Position numbers and translations under genes: made by a program. Positions 7,697-16,541 of a stretch of 64,000 nt of DNA are shown in pieces; within the stretch, counting starts at the first letter, position 1; each line of letters starts with the position of its first letter. Origin of the DNA: a bacterium (GTDB taxonomy: Bacteria > Chloroflexota > Dormibacteria > Aeolococcales > Bog-877); NCBI GenBank assembly GCA_021801645.1, contig JAJYXT010000078.1:4103-68102 (forward strand). Reading direction: 5' to 3'. Under the pieces are notes generated by a model, which was not told the origin of the DNA, ran no database searches, and saw only the letters and a program-made list of their open reading frames with translations.

Positions 7697-8905
7697 TCAC
7701 AGGTTGAAGAGCCGGTTAACCGCCAGCAGCGCCTCGAAGAGAAGGAAGAGCACCACGAAGAGGGCCGGGATCATCACCTCGGGGCGGCGCCAGGGCTCCC
7801 TTCCCGGGGTCCGGTCGAGGAAGGGTACCAAGATCAGGAGGGTGGTCCCGATGCCCGGCACAATGAAGACCCCCACCGGGATCATCCAAGCCTGGGGGAA
7901 CTGCACCAGCATCTGATCGAGCGGCAAGAAGAACCACTCCGGGGTGGGGACGTAGTTGAGGGCGGCCGGATTGGCCGCGCGCTCCAGGGGAGCGCCGACC
8001 ACCACCGCCATGATGAAGATGATCAGCACCAGTCCAAAGCTGACCACCGAGTCCTTGAAGACCTGGGAGGGGAAGAACTCGTCGAGGTCCACCGGCACCG
8101 CGTATCCCGGGTCCGAGGGGATGGCGGGGTACGGGTACTCCACGTGGGCCATCCGCCGGGCCCGCTCCTCCGCGGTCTCCTCCTCAACCCCCTCGTAGTT
8201 CACCCAGGACCCGTGCTCTCCGTGACGCCGCAGCAGGATCAGGTGCAGCCCGATGAGGGGCACCAGCAGAGCCGGCAGCAGCCAGATGTGGATGGCGAAG
8301 AACCGGGTCAGGGTGGCCGGCCCCATCTGGGGCCCACCCCTGAGGATCTCCTGCAGCTGAGTCCCGAAGATGGGGAAGTACTCGATGACGTGGGTCACCA
8401 CGGTCGCCGTCCAGTAGGCGGCCTGGTCCCAGGGCAGCATCGCCCCGGTGATCCCCAGCCCCAGCACCAAGAGGAAGAGGATCACCCCCACGATCCAGTT
8501 GAGCTCTCGAGGCTTCTTGTAGGAGCCGCTCACGAAGGTGCGGACCATGTGCAGCCCGATCACCACGAAGAGCACGTAGGCGCCCCAGAGGTGCATCCCC
8601 CGGACGATGGCCCCGAACTCGTCATGCCTCTCGGTGAAGTTGAGGCTCTCCCAGGCCTCGGTGGTGGATGGCACGTAGGTCCAGAGCAGGAACATCCCGG
8701 TCACGATCTGGTTGACGATGAGGATCAGGGTGGCGCTGCCCAGGGAGTAGGCCCAGGCTCCGCGCCGGGGCACCGCCTCGTAGAGGAGCTGGTGGACCAG
8801 GTCGGTGACCCCCAACCGCTCATCCACCCACCTGTAGGTGACGGCCATCACCCCGGCGAACGGCCGGCTCAGGCGACCTGCCAGCCGGCTCCTCTCTGCG
8901 GCCAT
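7697..8905 (-). CDS. qcrB: Cytochrome b (b6/subunit IV-type fusion) of a Rieske/cyt b complex
   Basis: ORF 7697..8905. Four heme-ligand His contexts: RGMHLWGA, IGLHMVRT, FFAIHIWLLP, IGLHLILL. The Qo motif is PEWFFLP. The protein has no Cys, so no heme c site. Confidence 0.9.
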   Translation of the reverse strand: MAAERSRLAGRLSRPFAGVMAVTYRWVDERLGVTDLVHQLLYEAVPRRGAWAYSLGSATLILIVNQIVTGMFLLWTYVPSTTEAWESLNFTERHDEFGAIVRGMHLWGAYVLFVVIGLHMVRTFVSGSYKKPRELNWIVGVILFLLVLGLGITGAMLPWDQAAYWTATVVTHVIEYFPIFGTQLQEILRGGPQMGPATLTRFFAIHIWLLPALLVPLIGLHLILLRRHGEHGSWVNYEGVEEETAEERARRMAHVEYPYPAIPSDPGYAVPVDLDEFFPSQVFKDSVVSFGLVLIIFIMAVVVGAPLERAANPAALNYVPTPEWFFLPLDQMLVQFPQAWMIPVGVFIVPGIGTTLLILVPFLDRTPGREPWRRPEVMIPALFVVLFLLFEALLAVNRLFNL

Positions 8906-8908
8906 CGC

Positions 8909-9433
8909 CTACCCCTCCGTGAGCACGTTGCGGACGTACAGGGTGCTGCCCACCAGCTTGTGCTGGTAGCGGAAGAGCGGCTGCGGCGGGGGCCCCCCGA
9001 TGTTGGTCCCGTCGATGCTGTAGAGGCCGCCGTGGCAGGGGCAGAGGAAGACGTTGAGGTTGATGTCCCAGTGGACGTCGCACTGCATGTGGGTGCAGAC
9101 GTTGGAGAGGGTGATCAGCTGCACCTTGCCGTTCAGGTTGAGCTTGACCACGTAGACGGTGCGCGGCACCGGCGGCACCTGCCAGGCGTCCCCGCCCTGG
9201 TCCAGCAGGACCACGTAGGCGGTGGGGACCCCGACCGGGACATGCTGGATGTCGGCCACCATCACCCAGGGGTACCGGCCCCTGTAGAAGGCGGGGCTGA
9301 GGATCGACCCCACGATCGGCGCCCCGATGAGAAGGCCGATCCCGGCCCCGGTGGCCTGGATGCCGAGGGTCATGAACTTGCGCCGGGACATCCGGCGCTG
9401 GGAGACGGCCATCTCTGGGTCAGGCACTTCCAC
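8909..9433 (-). CDS. qcrA: Rieske [2Fe-2S] iron-sulfur protein with a twin-arginine signal
   Basis: ORF 8909..9433. Motifs CTHMQC and CPCHGG, with a Tat-like SRRKFMTLG. The start is either GTG 9433 or ATG 9412 (MAVSQRRMSRRKF). Confidence 0.9.
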   Translation of the reverse strand: MEVPDPEMAVSQRRMSRRKFMTLGIQATGAGIGLLIGAPIVGSILSPAFYRGRYPWVMVADIQHVPVGVPTAYVVLLDQGGDAWQVPPVPRTVYVVKLNLNGKVQLITLSNVCTHMQCDVHWDINLNVFLCPCHGGLYSIDGTNIGGPPPQPLFRYQHKLVGSTLYVRNVLTEG

Positions 9434-9653
9434 CCACCACCAGGAGGATCAAAAGGCTGAGGCAGAGCGCCAGAAAGAAGATGAAGGTGAAGAAGCTGGC
9501 GCCCATGGCCAGCCAGCCGGACATGGTGTCCCCGGCCACGAAGAGCTGGCGCACCCGGCGCATGGCCATCCAGAACCCGGTGAGCATGATCGCGAAGAAG
9601 GAGGTGATGATCAGCCCCAGGTACCAGGCCGACTCGAAGTCCTGATAGTTCAC
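9420..9653 (-). CDS. Small two-TM membrane protein (77 aa), putative accessory subunit
   Basis: In frame within ORF 9420..9713. The GTG at 9653 overlaps the upstream stop (GTGA). GC3 is very high. Two hydrophobic helices: WYLGLIITSFFAIMLTGFW and FFTFIFFLALCLSLLILLVV. Confidence 0.65.
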   Translation of the reverse strand: MNYQDFESAWYLGLIITSFFAIMLTGFWMAMRRVRQLFVAGDTMSGWLAMGASFFTFIFFLALCLSLLILLVVGGSA

Positions 9654-10879
9654 GGCAGGGTACCCGGCGGAGCGTTGAAGTTCTGCGCCGACTGGTGCAG
9701 GGAGAGCAGGCACGAGGACTGGCCGGTGCCGGCGTCGATCCCGCAGGGCAGCTTGGCGTTCTCCTTCACCACGCCCATGAAGATGGTGAGCGCGAGCGCC
9801 GCCACGGCCACCGCGCCCATGGCCCGCGGGACCATGGGCGCGAGCGGCACGCCGGCTCCTCCCCGGCGCACCTCAACCAGGTAGCGTCCGAGGTTGATCG
9901 CGGTGGCGATGAAGGCCACGAAGAGCGCCGTGTAGCGCAGCCAGACAAGACCGGGGGGTATGACCGCTGCAGGCAGGGCCGTGCCCGCCATCCCCAGCAA
10001 GGAGACCGCGGTCAGCCCCGCACCGGGGCCGGAGGAAGGCCCCCGGTGCAGCCAGAAGACGAGGTTCGCCCCCACCACCACCACCGCCAGAAGCCCCACC
10101 TGGCCGATGAACATGCTGCCCGAGTTGAAGACGAAGAGGTTGTCGAAGGCCCCGATGGAGCTTGTCTTGATCGCCTCGGCCAGAAGGAACCCACTGATCG
10201 GTTGGGCCAGAAGGAAGATCGACCCGATGGCGAAGGTGACCCGGCTCGTCCAGGTGTGGTACTGGCGCTCTTCCTCGGTCTTGGCCCGCCGCGCCCTCCA
10301 GACGGCGATCGCCGCCAGCACCAGCGCCGACCAAGAGAGGGTGGCACCGGCGTAGTGCAGCAGTAGCCAGGGGTAGCTCGGCGAATACATGGCATGGGCC
10401 GCGCTGACCGCTGTCCCCGGGGTGAGGGCGAAGCTATCCAGCTGGACGATCATGAAGAGGAAGAGGTACTGGATCAGGGCAAATGTGAGCCCCACCGCCA
10501 GGTGCAGCCTTGGCCCCAGGCGATCCCACCCGTACACATAGAGCAGCAGGAGGGGGATGCCCACGAAGAAGCTGGCGAAGGCGATGGTCAGGGGGAGCAG
10601 CAGGAGGTTGAGCAGGGTCCCGATCAGCCGGCCGTAGAGGCCGGTGAGCAGAACCACCGCGAACACCGCCCAGGTGGCGCCGAAGCTGTACAGATAGAGC
10701 ACCGAACGCGACAGCCCGCGAGCGTACCGAAGGCAGTTGGGGCTGGCGCCGGGACGCCTCCCGACCAGCTCCATGACGGGGGCGATCCCGGCGGCCCCCA
10801 GGATGTAGCCCACGATGGCGATGTGGATGAGGAAGGTCGCCCCGATGGCGAACTCAGCGCCCAGGGTGCCCAGGGGCAA
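9650..10879 (-). CDS. CydA-like (bd-like) polytopic membrane protein, copy B
   Basis: ORF 9650..10996. LIHIAIVGY matches the His19 region. LLLHYAGATLSWSALVLAAIAVW matches the His186 region. The C-terminal GVVKENAKLP matches the E.GRQPW region. The first ~39 codons of the long ORF have lower GC3 and would overlap the divergent holA start. I therefore prefer TTG 10879, but the start is uncertain. Confidence 0.65.
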   Translation of the reverse strand: MPLGTLGAEFAIGATFLIHIAIVGYILGAAGIAPVMELVGRRPGASPNCLRYARGLSRSVLYLYSFGATWAVFAVVLLTGLYGRLIGTLLNLLLLPLTIAFASFFVGIPLLLLYVYGWDRLGPRLHLAVGLTFALIQYLFLFMIVQLDSFALTPGTAVSAAHAMYSPSYPWLLLHYAGATLSWSALVLAAIAVWRARRAKTEEERQYHTWTSRVTFAIGSIFLLAQPISGFLLAEAIKTSSIGAFDNLFVFNSGSMFIGQVGLLAVVVVGANLVFWLHRGPSSGPGAGLTAVSLLGMAGTALPAAVIPPGLVWLRYTALFVAFIATAINLGRYLVEVRRGGAGVPLAPMVPRAMGAVAVAALALTIFMGVVKENAKLPCGIDAGTGQSSCLLSLHQSAQNFNAPPGTLP

Positions 10880-10983
10880 CCGGGGTTGCGGGCTCGGGAA
10901 GGCAGACAGCAGCACTGGCACCCAATGCTGACGGGCTGAGGGGGCCCAAGGCAAGCCGGGAGCGGCCCGGCGATAATCGAGAG

Positions 10984-11934
10984 GTGCCGGAGCCATTGGT
11001 CCTTCTCCACGGAGAGGACCGCTACCTGGTCACCGAGGCCGCTGCTGCCCTCCGCAGCCAACTGGTCGAGGAGATGGGCTCCGAGCTGGGGCTGGAGGAG
11101 TTCCGGGACCTCTCCGACGGCGACGCCATCGAGCGAAGCCTGGCCAGCCCCCCCTTCCTGGCGCTTCGCCGGGTCGTGGTCCTCTGGGACCCGCAGATCG
11201 GGCCCCGGGGAACGCGAGAGACGGAGGATGTGCTCCGAGCCATCTCCCACCGGGCAGAGACCACGGCGGTGTTGGTCGTGGTCCGGGCCGTGGTGCCGAC
11301 CACCAACAACCTGCACCGCGGCCTGCGCGAGCTGGGCGCCGACGTCCGGCTCATCCCGCGGCCGAAGGGAGCAGCGCTGCGGCACCACGTTGACCAACGG
11401 GTCCGGGCCCGGGGCCTCAACCTCGCGGCCCAGCTGTCGCCCAGGCTGCTGGAGCTCGCCGCTGAGAGCCTGGGCCGGCTGGAGATGGAGCTGGACAAGC
11501 TGGCGCTTTATCCCGAACGTCCAGGAGAGCTGATCAGTGAGGAGGTGGGCTCCCGGCTGCTCACTCCGGTGCCGCCCAGGGAGCTCTACCGCCTCACCGA
11601 CGCGATCTTCGATTCGCCCAGCCGGGTGGGAGGCCTCCTCGCCGGCCTCATGTCGCGTCCCGAGGTGCCCCCCCAGCTGGTCATCGGCGCGCTGGCCAGG
11701 GCGCTCCGCGACCTCATCTCCATGGCCGACGGCGGCGCGGGAGCAGCCCCCGCCTGGAAGGCCGAGCGGATGAGTCGGCAGCTGAGACGGGCCGGAACGC
11801 CGCGGCTGCAGCGCTGGCTGGTGGCCCTCGCCGACCTCGACTGGGAGATCCGCGTGGGTCGGCTCGACGCCGTCCAGGGGCTGGAGACCCTAGTGGCCCG
11901 CATGGCGGCGGAGCTGTCGCCCCGCGCCGCCTGA
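10984..11934 (+). CDS. holA: DNA polymerase III delta subunit
   Basis: ORF 10984..11934 with a GTG start. Typical N-terminus LVLLHGEDRYLV. Its length, and its position next to rpsT as in many bacteria, also fit. Confidence 0.8.
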   Translation: MPEPLVLLHGEDRYLVTEAAAALRSQLVEEMGSELGLEEFRDLSDGDAIERSLASPPFLALRRVVVLWDPQIGPRGTRETEDVLRAISHRAETTAVLVVVRAVVPTTNNLHRGLRELGADVRLIPRPKGAALRHHVDQRVRARGLNLAAQLSPRLLELAAESLGRLEMELDKLALYPERPGELISEEVGSRLLTPVPPRELYRLTDAIFDSPSRVGGLLAGLMSRPEVPPQLVIGALARALRDLISMADGGAGAAPAWKAERMSRQLRRAGTPRLQRWLVALADLDWEIRVGRLDAVQGLETLVARMAAELSPRAA

Positions 11935-11936
11935 CC

Positions 11937-12356
11937 TCAGTCGCGCTCCGCTTCCGACCCTGCGCTGCGCCGGCTTCGCTGCGCCGTGCGCACCGTCTTG
12001 GTGACGGGCTTGGCCTTCCCGGCCGCCGTCTTCCGTTGCGAGGTGGTGGACTTGGACTTAGTTCCCTGGGCCGAGGCGCGCCGAGAGCCGGCCGCCGGCT
12101 GAGCTGTGGCCGCCGCCAGTGCGCGCATCAGCCGCGACTTGCGCCGGGCCACGTTGCGTGGGTGCAGGACTCCGTGTTCAGCCGCCTTGTCCAGCGCCGA
12201 GGTGGCGAGGCGACCGAGCTCCGGGGCCTCCTCGCCCCCCACCGCGCGGCGAGCCTTGGCCACCGCCGTGCGCACCGCGGAGCGGACGGAGCGGTTCCGA
12301 TCATGCTTGCGCTGAGCGGCCCGCACCCGCTTGCGAGCTGAACTGGTGTTGGCCAA
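11937..12356 (-). CDS. rpsT: 30S ribosomal protein S20 with a basic C-terminal extension
   Basis: Last 139 codons of ORF 11937..13484. TTG at 12356 gives (M)ANTSSARKRVRAAQRKHDRNRSVRSAVRTAVAKA...LDKAAEHGVLHPRNVARRKSRL. The rest of the long ORF is R/P/G-rich junk. Confidence 0.85.
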   Translation of the reverse strand: MANTSSARKRVRAAQRKHDRNRSVRSAVRTAVAKARRAVGGEEAPELGRLATSALDKAAEHGVLHPRNVARRKSRLMRALAAATAQPAAGSRRASAQGTKSKSTTSQRKTAAGKAKPVTKTVRTAQRSRRSAGSEAERD

Positions 12357-12473
12357 GACTGTCCCCGTTTGTGGCCCCGTGGGGCGAACTGAATCTAGCG
12401 CTCGGTGCGCCTCGTGCCCGGCCAGTATACGGCAGCGAGGGAGTGGTCCGAAGTGCCGGGTAAAGTAGGGCGG

Positions 12474-13334
12474 ATGCTGGCAGTCGCGGCCGCCCCCGCC
12501 AAGCTGAACCTGGCTCTGGAGCTGGTTGGTCGGCGTCCCGACGGCTTCCACCTCCTGGCCGCCGTGTCCCAAACCGTGGCCTGGAGCGATCTGGTGGCGG
12601 CGGCCCTGAACTCCGGTCCACCAGAGCCGGGCGGAATACCGGTCGCGGTAAGGGGCCCGTTCCGGGACGGCATTCCGGAGGGGCCGGAAAACATCGCGGC
12701 CCGGGCGGCTGGGGCGCTTCAGCGCCGTGGATTGGGCCGGGGGGTGGCTTCGGTGGCGATCTGGAAGCGCATTCCGACCAAGAGCGGCCTTGGTGGGGGG
12801 TCGTCCGACGCCGCGGCGGTGCTCCGGCTCTCCGCGGGCGACGACTGGTCGGTGGGCGTCGCCGAGGCGGCTCTGGAGTGCGGCGCCGACGTGCCCTTCG
12901 CGTTGCGCGGAGGTGCAGCGCTCCTCGGCGGGGTCGGTGAGCTGCTCACCCCCCTCCCCCCCTTGGCTCCGACGGTGATCCTGGTGGCCGTGCTGGGGGC
13001 CGTGGAGACCGCCCGGGCCTATGCCTCGGTCAGGAGCGAGGAGCTGACCGACGGCAGCCGGGCCGCGGCCGTGGCGGAGGCGCTCCGCAAAGGCGACCTC
13101 CCAGGGCCGGAGCTCCTGGGCAGCGCGCTGCAGGCGGCCGCCCTGCGCGTCGCCCCGGAGCTGTCTCCGCGGCTGGAGCGGTTGCAGGCCGCCGCTCCTC
13201 ATCTGAGCTGGGCGATGACCGGGAGCGGAGGGGCGTTCTTCGCGCTCGTCGGGGCCGCTGAGGCCGGGCCGGTGCTGGCCGCCTGCAGGGCCGCCCTGCC
13301 CGGGGTGCCGATCCGCGCCACAGCGCCGGCATGA
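12474..13334 (+). CDS. ispE: 4-diphosphocytidyl-2-C-methyl-D-erythritol kinase
   Basis: In ORF 12405..13334. ATG at 12474 (MLAVAAAPAKLNLAL). GHMP kinase motif PTKSGLGGGSSDAAA. Confidence 0.85.
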   Translation: MLAVAAAPAKLNLALELVGRRPDGFHLLAAVSQTVAWSDLVAAALNSGPPEPGGIPVAVRGPFRDGIPEGPENIAARAAGALQRRGLGRGVASVAIWKRIPTKSGLGGGSSDAAAVLRLSAGDDWSVGVAEAALECGADVPFALRGGAALLGGVGELLTPLPPLAPTVILVAVLGAVETARAYASVRSEELTDGSRAAAVAEALRKGDLPGPELLGSALQAAALRVAPELSPRLERLQAAAPHLSWAMTGSGGAFFALVGAAEAGPVLAACRAALPGVPIRATAPA

Positions 13335-14734
13335 CCCGGGCAGACCCCCGCCTCCGGCTCGCGGTGCTGGCAGGGAAGACCACCGCCTGGGCCTCGCGCG
13401 GCCTTGGCCTGGGAGGGGGCACGACCCTCCCAGGGGACGTCGCGCGGGCCATCGACCCCCAGGTGCTGCGCAAGCTGGGTGCATCTCCCCGGCAGGGCAT
13501 CGTGCTGGTCACCGGCACCAACGGCAAGACCACCACCTCCGCCCTCCTCCGGCAGATCGCGGCCTCCGCCGGGTGGCGCGCCGGCGGGAACGAGAGCGGG
13601 TCCAACCTCATCTATGGCCTGACCGCCGCCGCCGTCGCCCAGTCAGATCTGCGGGGACGAATGGAGCTGGATTGGCTGGTACTGGAGGTCGACGAGCTCA
13701 GCGCGGCGCTGGCAGCCAGGGAGTTGCGGCCGGGGATTCTGGTGGTGCTGAACGCCTTCCGAGACCAGCTGGATCGGTCCTTCGAGGTGGACCAAGTGGC
13801 AGCTCGTCTCGGGGAGGCGGTGGCGGCGCTCCCCGAGGCGGCGATGACGGTCCTCAACTCGGACGACCCGCGCATTGCCGCTCTGGAAGGGGGTCCAAAC
13901 GCAACCCACTTCGGCATCGAGGACCGGGAATTGGATCGCGGGGGGCTGCCCGAGTCCGCCGACCGCCCGGTCTGCCCCCGTTGTGGAGGTTCTTTGCGCT
14001 TCGAATCCGTCTACTACGGTCAGTGCGGGGACTATCTCTGTCCTGCCTGTGGGTGGAGCCGCCCCTTGCCGACAGTGCGGGCGACCAGACTGCTCACCAT
14101 TGGCCTGGACCACATGGAGCTCACCCTGGCAGGTCCGGGGGGAGGTGTCGGGCCCGTGGATGTGCCGCTGGCTGGTGCCCACAACGCCGCCAACGTCGCG
14201 GCGGCGGCGGCGGCGGCGCTGGCGATGGGCGCGAGCTGGGAGCAGATCCGGCTCGGGCTCGAGGAGTTCCGGCCGGCCTTCGGCAGGTCCCAGGTGGTGC
14301 CCTGGCGCCAGGGCCAGGTGCGCCTCCTTCTGGCCAAGAACCCGGCGGGAATGGAGGCCAGCCTGGAGGCGGTGCTCGGCGCAGGCTCCGGTCCGGTGCT
14401 CGCGCTGGCCCTCAACGACGGGATCGCCGACGGCACCGACATCTCCTGGATCTGGGACGTGGAGTTCGAGCGGCTGGCCCGCGGCGGGCCGCGGTGGATA
14501 GTCCTGAGCGGGCGGCGGGCGGCGGAGCTGGGACTCCGTCTCCGGTATGCGGGACTGGACGGATCGCGGCTCCTGCTCCGACCCGGAGTGGAGGAGGCCC
14601 TGGATGAGCTGGCGGCGAGGTCCGAGCCGGGGATGCCGGCCCCAGCGCTGCTCACCTACACCGCGATGCTGGCATGGCACCGCGCGGTGGTCGCGACCGG
14701 AGGAGCCCAGCCCTTCTGGACTGAAGGCCGATGA
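13331..14734 (+). CDS. murT: Mur-ligase-family lipid II isoglutaminyl synthase subunit MurT
   Basis: ORF 13331..14734. P-loop VTGTNGKTTT. Cys4 ribbon CPRCGG...CPACGW. It overlaps the ispE stop (ATGA) and is followed by gatD. Confidence 0.85.
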   Translation: MTRADPRLRLAVLAGKTTAWASRGLGLGGGTTLPGDVARAIDPQVLRKLGASPRQGIVLVTGTNGKTTTSALLRQIAASAGWRAGGNESGSNLIYGLTAAAVAQSDLRGRMELDWLVLEVDELSAALAARELRPGILVVLNAFRDQLDRSFEVDQVAARLGEAVAALPEAAMTVLNSDDPRIAALEGGPNATHFGIEDRELDRGGLPESADRPVCPRCGGSLRFESVYYGQCGDYLCPACGWSRPLPTVRATRLLTIGLDHMELTLAGPGGGVGPVDVPLAGAHNAANVAAAAAAALAMGASWEQIRLGLEEFRPAFGRSQVVPWRQGQVRLLLAKNPAGMEASLEAVLGAGSGPVLALALNDGIADGTDISWIWDVEFERLARGGPRWIVLSGRRAAELGLRLRYAGLDGSRLLLRPGVEEALDELAARSEPGMPAPALLTYTAMLAWHRAVVATGGAQPFWTEGR

Positions 14735-15546
14735 CAGGGTCGAGTTCGCTGCGGCTGGGCCTGCTCTACCCCCGCGAGATGAACCTCTACGGCGATCGCG
14801 GGAACGTCCTGGCCCTGGTCCGGCGCGCCGCACTCCGGGGGGTGGAGTTGGAGGTCGCGACCCTGGGCCTGGACGGCGGCGACCCCCGGGAGATCCAGTC
14901 ATGCTCCGGCTTCCTGATCGGGGGCGGCCAGGACTTGGACCAGCTGGCCCTGGCCCATGACCTGGTGAGCCGCAAGGGACCGGCGCTCCGGGAGCAGGTG
15001 GCCAGCGGAGCCCCCCTCCTGGCGGTTTGTGCGGGCTACCAGCTGCTGGGGGACCACTACCGCACCGCGGCCGGCGATCTCATCCCCGGCCTGGGCATCC
15101 TCCCGCTCCGCACCGAAGCGGGCCGCCGCCGTCTGGTGGGCAACATCCTGATCGCCGCCAGCCCCGGACTGGGCCTGGCCAACCCCCTGCTTGTGGGGTT
15201 CGAGAACCATTCGGGCCGGACCATCCTGGAGCCAGGGCTGGCCCCTCTGGGGAAGGTCGTGCGCGGCGGCGGGAACGACGGAGATTCAGGCGCGGAGGGG
15301 GCGGTTCTGGGCTCGGTGATCGGGACGTACCTGCACGGCCCCCTGCTGCCCAAGAATCCCGCCCTCGCCGACTGGTGGCTCTTCGCCGCAGCGGACCGGA
15401 CCGGGGCCAAGATAGACCGATCCCACCTTGACGACACCGCGGAGGAGGCCGCCCGCCGCGAAGCGATCCGGATCACCCTGAGAGGATCCCGAAGCAGGGG
15501 CTACCGCCTCCTGGGGAGGCGGCCGCGAATCAGGCGAACTGGCTGA
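14731..15546 (+). CDS. gatD: CobQ/GatD-type glutamine amidotransferase, partner of MurT
   Basis: ORF 14731..15546. Nucleophile context LLAVCAGYQLLG. His context GTYLHGPLLPKNP. 4-nt overlap with murT. Confidence 0.85.
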   Translation: MTGSSSLRLGLLYPREMNLYGDRGNVLALVRRAALRGVELEVATLGLDGGDPREIQSCSGFLIGGGQDLDQLALAHDLVSRKGPALREQVASGAPLLAVCAGYQLLGDHYRTAAGDLIPGLGILPLRTEAGRRRLVGNILIAASPGLGLANPLLVGFENHSGRTILEPGLAPLGKVVRGGGNDGDSGAEGAVLGSVIGTYLHGPLLPKNPALADWWLFAAADRTGAKIDRSHLDDTAEEAARREAIRITLRGSRSRGYRLLGRRPRIRRTG

Positions 15547-16456
15547 GCGAGGACTGCGGCAGCTGGGGCGATCCGGGGAGGATCGCCGCCGGCTTGGAGA
15601 GCCCGAAATCCGCCCCGAAGTGGCTGAAGCCGACCGCCGTCTGCACGGCCATGCTGGCGCTCCCGGTCACCGATGGGGTGCCGCTGGGCGCCAGCATCGA
15701 GAGGGCGCCGAGGTCCAGCGTGGCGGAGGATGAGGAGGTGAGCCGCTGGGGAAGATGGTCGGTGGTGGCCACCCAGCCGTCCACCGTGGTGGCGCCGAAG
15801 TTGACCAGCTGGGAGAGGATGCCGGCGCCCGGGGTGGCTCCGGTGGATTGCCCCAGGCTGCCCAGGGCACCGGTCAGGGCGGCGGCGAGCGCAGAGCCCG
15901 GCAGCTCGGCCTGGATGTGCTCGGTGGGTAGGCCGTTCACAGTTCCCCCGCTGCCCAGGTCGGTCACCTTGGTCGCCGACTTGAGGCTTGTGAGAAGCTG
16001 GCGGAGCTGGGTCTGGAGCCCGCCCGCACCTCCGGGCAGGGCGGAGGCGGCGCCGGACTTCAGCGCATACCATTGAGTTCCATTCACGCTGACGTATCCC
16101 GCGCCTCCAACCTCAAGAAGGTGGATGGTGCCGGGGAAGAGGGCGGGCAGGCTGTAGCTGAGCTCCTCGGTCCCGCTGCCCTGATAGAGGATCTGGCCGC
16201 TGATGGTCGAGCCGGAGAGTTTGGCGGCCGCCTGCTGCAGCTGCTGCAGGGTCGGCGCCGGCAACCCCGAAACCCCCTGCAGCGAGATGCTCACGGTCGC
16301 TGAGTAGTTCGCCTCGAAGCTGGTTCCCAGAGCCGCCGTCCCCGAGGACCCCAGGAGGTTGGCGGCCACCGCGGGGCTGCGATGGTGAGCAACCGCCCCG
16401 CAGCCAGCCAGCAGGACCGCGGCCACCGCCACCGTGAGAAGTCGCCGCACGTTCAT
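15530..16456 (-). CDS. Secreted lipoprotein, function unknown
   Basis: ORF 15530..16456. Signal peptide with a lipobox: MNVRRLLTVAVAAVLLAGC. The mature part is Ser/Gly/Thr-rich. Confidence 0.7.
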   Translation of the reverse strand: MNVRRLLTVAVAAVLLAGCGAVAHHRSPAVAANLLGSSGTAALGTSFEANYSATVSISLQGVSGLPAPTLQQLQQAAAKLSGSTISGQILYQGSGTEELSYSLPALFPGTIHLLEVGGAGYVSVNGTQWYALKSGAASALPGGAGGLQTQLRQLLTSLKSATKVTDLGSGGTVNGLPTEHIQAELPGSALAAALTGALGSLGQSTGATPGAGILSQLVNFGATTVDGWVATTDHLPQRLTSSSSATLDLGALSMLAPSGTPSVTGSASMAVQTAVGFSHFGADFGLSKPAAILPGSPQLPQSSLSQFA

Positions 16457-16541
16457 GGCCGCATCCTAGCCCATGGCCGTCGGCGACGCTGCGGCGCAAG
16501 CTGATCGTCACAAGCCGGGCGCGCCGTAGTAGCTTTGCAAG

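Noticed and set aside
7523-9460. 645-aa plus-strand ORF opposite cytochrome b and the Rieske gene
   Set aside because: The composition is dominated by G, P, H, E, D and R and is not protein-like. The minus-strand frames carry unambiguous heme-ligand and Rieske motifs.
10880-10996. Long N-terminal extension of CydA-like B overlapping the holA start
   Set aside because: Third-position G/C content drops in these ~39 codons relative to the rest of the gene. The extension would also leave no room for divergent promoters. A TTG at 10879 is a more plausible start, but this is unverified.
12357-13484. Upstream 375 codons of ORF 11937..13484
   Set aside because: Only the terminal 139 codons match S20. 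The rest is antisense to ispE and is compositionally junk.
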